Below, piece by piece: positions 27,817 to 32,114 of a DNA stretch of 32,114 nucleotides. The DNA is from Candidatus Nanohaloarchaea archaeon (GTDB taxonomy: Archaea; Nanohalarchaeota; Nanosalinia; Nanosalinales; Nanosalinaceae). The notes beneath the pieces are model-generated. The model was not told the DNA's origin. It worked only from the letters and a program-made list of their open reading frames with translations, and did no database searches. The position numbers were made by a program, and so were the translations under genes. The DNA is taken from positions 1 through 32,114 of the forward strand of contig JBDGSJ010000029.1 in the NCBI GenBank assembly GCA_042217585.1, written 5' to 3'. Numbering within the stretch: position 1 is the first letter of the stretch; each line of letters opens with the position of its first letter.

Positions 27817-29075
27817 ACCGTTCTTCAGTGCGAAGCCGGTGACGGTCTGGTTCATGAAGGTGCAGATGTCCTCCCCCTTACCGCCTATCTCCCCGAGACC
27901 GTAGAAACCCACGAAGTCTTCCCCTAACCGTTCCCTGATAAGCTCATTTTCTCTCTCAAGCTCCTCCGCCTCGAGGTTGGTGAACCTGGTGCCACAGTCA
28001 GTTATCACAGCCAGAGCCGCGGAAGACCGGTCGAAACCCGGGAAGGCGTTCTTCCCTGCCTCTATTATATCTTCCCTGTCGCCTCTCATCACATATACCG
28101 GCTGGCTCTCCTCCATCTCCGCTGCCATCATCAGGCCGTTTTCATCCGTTACCTGGTACGGAGAGAGTATCCTGTAGCTATCCGGACCCATGGCAGTCGC
28201 TATGGCGTTGTCCATCGAATAGCTTACGACATCATGAACCGTGACCGGGTCCTCGCCCATCAGCTTCATCCTGGAGTACCGGAGACCAGCCTTCAGCTTC
28301 TCCTTCAGGTCGAGGTCGTAGACCGCGGAAAGGTCCTCCACGGATGCACCGACGGCGTCGGCGTAGAACTCCGCCGCGGGCTCTCCGCTTATCTCCCGCA
28401 GTTCACGTCCCTCCACCTCTGTGACTATGCCTGTCGCCACCTCCTCGTGCATGCCGTGGTCCTGTCCGGTGACGACCTCGAGGTCCGTCGAGAGGTGGGC
28501 CACCACCGCCGCGTCGGAGAAGACCTCGCCGTTCACCATCTGGAAGTTCTCCTCCAGCCTGTGGTCCGCAGCCGAGCCGCCAACGACCTCGAAGCCCGAG
28601 TCCAGCATCTTCTTGACCTCTCCAAGGAACTCGAACTCCCTGCCGTACCTCGCCTGCGTGAACCCCGGAAGGACCGTGAAAACCAGGTCGTTCGCGAGCC
28701 GGTCCTGCTCCGGCATCACGGCCTCTTCAAGCGCCTCACGTGATGACCGGCAGGGTTCTCCGTGACTCCTCCCGAACTCCCGGTAGAGAACCTGATCTCT
28801 CCCGACTCCACGACCATGAGGACCGCGGAGTTACCTCTGAAACCCTTGCCGGAAAGGGTGCCGGGCGCGGTCCCGCCGATCCACTCCGCATCGAGCTCGG
28901 ATTCTATGCCGGACGCGAGATCGTCGAGGTCGAACTCTGTGGAGCAGAAGAGGAACGCAAAATCAGGTTCCTCGATATTTCCGTCCTTCCTGGCTCTTTT
29001 GACAAGTTCTCTCCCGGCCTCCTCACTTCCTTCCCCTGGTTCTTCTACTGCTGTCCCCGTGTTCACATCGCTCAT
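27811..29075 (-). pseudogene. FIST-domain (FIST_N + FIST_C) sensory protein split by a 1-nt frameshift near 28748
   Basis: N part from ATG 29075 (PDFAFLFCS, WIGGTAPG, NSAVLMVV); C part in another frame (VVGGSAAD, ISGEPAAEFY, DCGTR, GFYGLGEIG, FMNQT). Confidence 0.8.
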
Positions 29076-29160
29076 AGCTTCCTTTTCCTGTCCCTGAGAT
29101 TTAACGTTTCGCTTCCGGCACGCCACCATTAAAATAAAGATGCCAGTGAAAGACCGTTGT

Positions 29161-30066
29161 ATGGCCGAGTGTTCGGAGTGCGGAAGGAAATCGATGAGCT
29201 TTGAGTGCCGGTACTGCGGCAAGAAGTATTGCTCGGAGCACAGGCTACCGGAGAACCACGACTGTGACAGCATGGAGGAGGAACTCGAGAAGGAGAAAGA
29301 GGAGTCCGGGAACTGGTTCAGGGATAAGGAAACGAAGGAGGAGACCGAGAGAAGGACCAGAGACAGCGGAAGGAAGAGAAGGAAACCCTCACTGCTCGGT
29401 GATATCGCGGATACCTTCAGGAGCAGCGCCACTCTAACGATAATTGCATTGACCGTGGTCTCCTTCGTGGCACAGTTCACAGTCCCAGGTTACGTCGCGA
29501 ACACCATACTCAGACCCGAGATCAGCCACCTCGTGACCCATCCGTGGACCCTCGTGACCGTGATGCTGCTCCATGGCGGCCCTTTCCACCTGTTCGCGAA
29601 CATGGTGACCTTCTACTTCTTCGGCTCTCTGCTGGAGAAAGTGGTCGGGTCACGCGACCTCCTGAAGTTCTACGTGGGATCAGGTATAGCCGCGAGCATC
29701 AGCTTCGTCGCCTTCAGAAACCTGCTCGCACTGCCCTTCATGACCGGACCCCAGGCGCTTGGACCTGCCGTGGGAGCATCAGGCGCCGTGGTCGCGTGTT
29801 TCGCCGCGGTCGCGATGCTCTACCCTGACGCAGAGGTCCTGCTGTACTTCTTCATACCGATGAAGATAAAGACCGCTCTACACGCCTTCGTGGCGATAGA
29901 GGGATTCAACCTGCTCATGAAGACCATAGGGATCTACCTGCCGGTGATCGGAGGTTTCGCGAGCTCCGCGCACCTCGCAGGTATAGCGGCCGGCGTCTGG
30001 TTCGGCCGTAAACTTAGAGAACAGCACTCGAAGAGGATAGGAGTCCTCGACATGATGAACTACTAG
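29161..30066 (+). CDS. AN1-type zinc finger fused to a rhomboid protease
   Basis: CSECG...FECRYCGKKYCSEHRLPENHDC; HLFANM, GASG, AHLAG. Confidence 0.9.
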   Translation: MAECSECGRKSMSFECRYCGKKYCSEHRLPENHDCDSMEEELEKEKEESGNWFRDKETKEETERRTRDSGRKRRKPSLLGDIADTFRSSATLTIIALTVVSFVAQFTVPGYVANTILRPEISHLVTHPWTLVTVMLLHGGPFHLFANMVTFYFFGSLLEKVVGSRDLLKFYVGSGIAASISFVAFRNLLALPFMTGPQALGPAVGASGAVVACFAAVAMLYPDAEVLLYFFIPMKIKTALHAFVAIEGFNLLMKTIGIYLPVIGGFASSAHLAGIAAGVWFGRKLREQHSKRIGVLDMMNY

Positions 30067-30602
30067 GGAGTTATGCGGTCGACCTCGTAGTAGGTCACTC
30101 CTGACTCCGAGTCAAGGACCGCCCACAGCATCGTCGCCCTGATGTTCTGCGCCAGCCGGACCGCGCGCGACATCTCCTGGAAGCTCATCGTCTCGTCCTC
30201 CGGGACCGCGTGCACCACCCATTTCGTGTGCTGCCTCTGCTTCTTCGACCCCTCGACGTACGGGTTGACACCTCTCGGGTAGACGCGGAAATGGGTCCCG
30301 AACTTGAAGCCGGTCTTCACTATAAGTCCCCGCTCCCTGAGGTCCGAGTAAACCGGGTACTTGAAGTCGAACTCGTCGTCAAGCTCCGAGAACCTCTGGT
30401 ACATCTCATCCTCTTCAAGCTCCTCCCCGTCCCTCTCCACCGTTAGCTCGCCCCTCTTCACCAGGTGGTAGGCCTCCACCAGCGAGAGCTCGAGCTGTCC
30501 CTCGTCCTGTATCTTGCCGTAGTAAAGCTCGCTGTGGACCTCCTCCGCGTCATCCTTGTCCCAGATCACGACGCGGGAACCTGTGAGTTTTCCTGCAGTC
30601 AT
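30063..30602 (-). CDS. endA: tRNA-intron (splicing) endonuclease, single-unit type
   Basis: LSLVEAYHL, VYSDLRERG, KTGFKFGTHFRVY, catalytic His region HTKW; ATG 30602 about 24 nt behind TTTAAAAA. Confidence 0.92.
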   Translation of the reverse strand: MTAGKLTGSRVVIWDKDDAEEVHSELYYGKIQDEGQLELSLVEAYHLVKRGELTVERDGEELEEDEMYQRFSELDDEFDFKYPVYSDLRERGLIVKTGFKFGTHFRVYPRGVNPYVEGSKKQRQHTKWVVHAVPEDETMSFQEMSRAVRLAQNIRATMLWAVLDSESGVTYYEVDRITP

Positions 30603-30641
30603 AACTGAAAAGTAGCTCCGCACATTTTTAAATCGGTGAAT

Positions 30642-31301
30642 TCAGAACTCGCCGAGGCCGCTCTGCCCCGCCTCCCTCAGTATCCTCTCCGCGGTGGACC
30701 ACGAGAGCCGTGTCTCCGGCGGGAGCTCGCCCTTCTCCTCCACGAACTTCTCCAGGAACTCGATCGTCGGTTCATCGTGCGGGTAGCCAGACCTGAAGTC
30801 GTACCCGTACTTCTGCTTCAGCTCGTCGACGTGGGATTCACGGGCGCTCTTCGCCACTATCGACGCCGCCGAAACGATGGGGAACTCGTCGTCCGCGCCG
30901 TGCTCCGCCACGAACTCGATACCTTCGCCGCTGGCGGGCAGCAGGTCCTTCACCTTCCCTATAAACCTCTCGGAGTCCGGCTCCGGCAGGTCCATCACCA
31001 CCCTTTCCGGCTCAGCTCTCTCTATCAGGTCCGCGAACCCCTTCAGCTCTATCTCGTTCAGGCTCATCACCTCCCTCAGCTCGTCGATCTCGTCTGCGGT
31101 CACCTCCTTCAGGAAGGTCTCGCCCAGCGAATCCAGCTCCTCCCTCAGGTCCTCCCGGCGGCCGTCAGACAGCTTCTTGGAGTCCTTCACCCCGAGCTCC
31201 TCCACGGCCTCGAGATCCTGCTCTTCCACCATGAAGCCGCCGATGAACATCGAACCGATGACGGGTCCTCTTCCAGCCTCGTCTATACCCAGTACTTTCA
31301 T
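30642..31301 (-). CDS. rnhB: Ribonuclease HII
   Basis: GIDEAGRGPVIG, GVKDSKKL, VSAASIVAK, SGYPHD, RLSW. Confidence 0.97.
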   Translation of the reverse strand: MKVLGIDEAGRGPVIGSMFIGGFMVEEQDLEAVEELGVKDSKKLSDGRREDLREELDSLGETFLKEVTADEIDELREVMSLNEIELKGFADLIERAEPERVVMDLPEPDSERFIGKVKDLLPASGEGIEFVAEHGADDEFPIVSAASIVAKSARESHVDELKQKYGYDFRSGYPHDEPTIEFLEKFVEEKGELPPETRLSWSTAERILREAGQSGLGEF

Positions 31302-31975
31302 CTCCGGACCTGTTCAGGATTCTTCTCCAGCTTTTTGAAGGCTTCCGCCGCCCAGTCCGCGTACTCCGGGGACCTCATCTCCTCTCTGTCAAGCTCCCCG
31401 GCGTCCTCCCACCTCAGGTTCATGACCTCCTCGGTCATCGAAGGTTCGGGATCGGCCCTCAGGGTGAAGACCCGGCAGAGCTCGTCCTCTGACCACTCGC
31501 CGTCCTTCTCCCGGTCCATCGAATATGTGAAGCTTCCGAGGTGGCTGACATCGACCACGGACCTTATCTCATCGATTATCCCCTTGAGCGAGTTCTCCTC
31601 GATCTTTTTTTCGAGCCCGGGGACCAGTTCCACGTCAAGTTCACGCTCTATCCTCTCCACGACGGAGACGGTGTGAAGTTCGATCATACGTCTGTTGACC
31701 CCGTGGAGGTCCTCAGGGTCCACGCCGTACCTCTCCACGTCCCTCCGGTGGAGATGAGTGCTGACGCCCTCCCACTGTCCTCCTCCTATCCTCTTCCCTG
31801 ATACGTCTTCTCTCTCCCCCGAGGACCGCCTCGCGAGCAGGACCTCGAGGTCTCCGCGGACCAGGAAGCACGTGTTCGCGTCGTGCCGCACCGTCTCTCC
31901 TCTGTGGGCGTCTTTTTTCCCGGTCCAGCCGGTTATCTCGCCGTCGTCCACTTCCGGTATCAGGGTCTCTGCCAT
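31298..31975 (-). CDS. Nudix-fold protein resembling type 1 isopentenyl-diphosphate isomerase
   Basis: K..AH.....H, LLARRS, K.....W, RIERELD, FTY, E.E.C.VF, EV...RW pattern. Confidence 0.6.
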   Translation of the reverse strand: MAETLIPEVDDGEITGWTGKKDAHRGETVRHDANTCFLVRGDLEVLLARRSSGEREDVSGKRIGGGQWEGVSTHLHRRDVERYGVDPEDLHGVNRRMIELHTVSVVERIERELDVELVPGLEKKIEENSLKGIIDEIRSVVDVSHLGSFTYSMDREKDGEWSEDELCRVFTLRADPEPSMTEEVMNLRWEDAGELDREEMRSPEYADWAAEAFKKLEKNPEQVRR

Positions 31976-32060
31976 GGTTGTGTTCTGCCTCCTGCTGTTT
32001 TATGGCTTTGCCGACAACGGTGGTTTAAAAGAATCGTGCTCCACATATAGGTTAGCACTC

Positions 32061-32114
32061 AGCGGGGTGGAGCAGCCAGGAGTGCTCGTCGGGCTCATAA
32101 CCCGGAGGTCCGTG
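32061..32114 (+). tRNA. Initiator tRNA-Met (CAT), truncated by the window end
   Basis: AGCGGGGTGGAGCAGCCAGGAGTGCTCG, anticodon arm TCGGG-CTCATAA-CCCGG with three consecutive G-C pairs, A at position 1; TTTAAAA at 32024-32030. Confidence 0.93.

Overview
Archaeal chromosomal segment from a salt-in halophile (very acidic proteins, TATA boxes about 24-33 nt upstream of many start codons). The short single-unit tRNA splicing endonuclease and compact gene set suggest a Nanohaloarchaeota-like lineage; this is inference, not verified. Gene order: pheT-pheS; a Roadblock/LC7 + RecA-GTPase fusion + three KaiC-like ATPase cluster; SpoIIM-like membrane protein; trpS; desuccinylase-family hydrolase; a complete trp operon (trpB-A-PRTase-D-F-E-G-C); FGGY kinase; aroA-aroC-aroK-aroE; pgk; rhomboid; glyS; small Zn-finger; frameshifted FIST gene; AN1-rhomboid; endA; rnhB; IDI-like Nudix; initiator tRNA-Met. 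Main discovery: five copies of an 18-nt cassette AAR-GGT-GGA-YGT-TTT-[codon] lie in short unannotated leader ORFs upstream of trpS, trpB (three copies) and glyS. The last codon is TGG (Trp) before the trp genes and GGA (Gly) before glyS. The zero frame stops 5-8 codons later, whereas the +1 frame stays open and ends at the downstream start codon (ATGA overlaps at trpB and glyS, TAA-C-ATG at trpS). The layout matches the prfB site (internal SD, one spacer codon, slippery codon, sensor codon) and suggests an amino-acid-sensing +1 frameshift switch in archaea.
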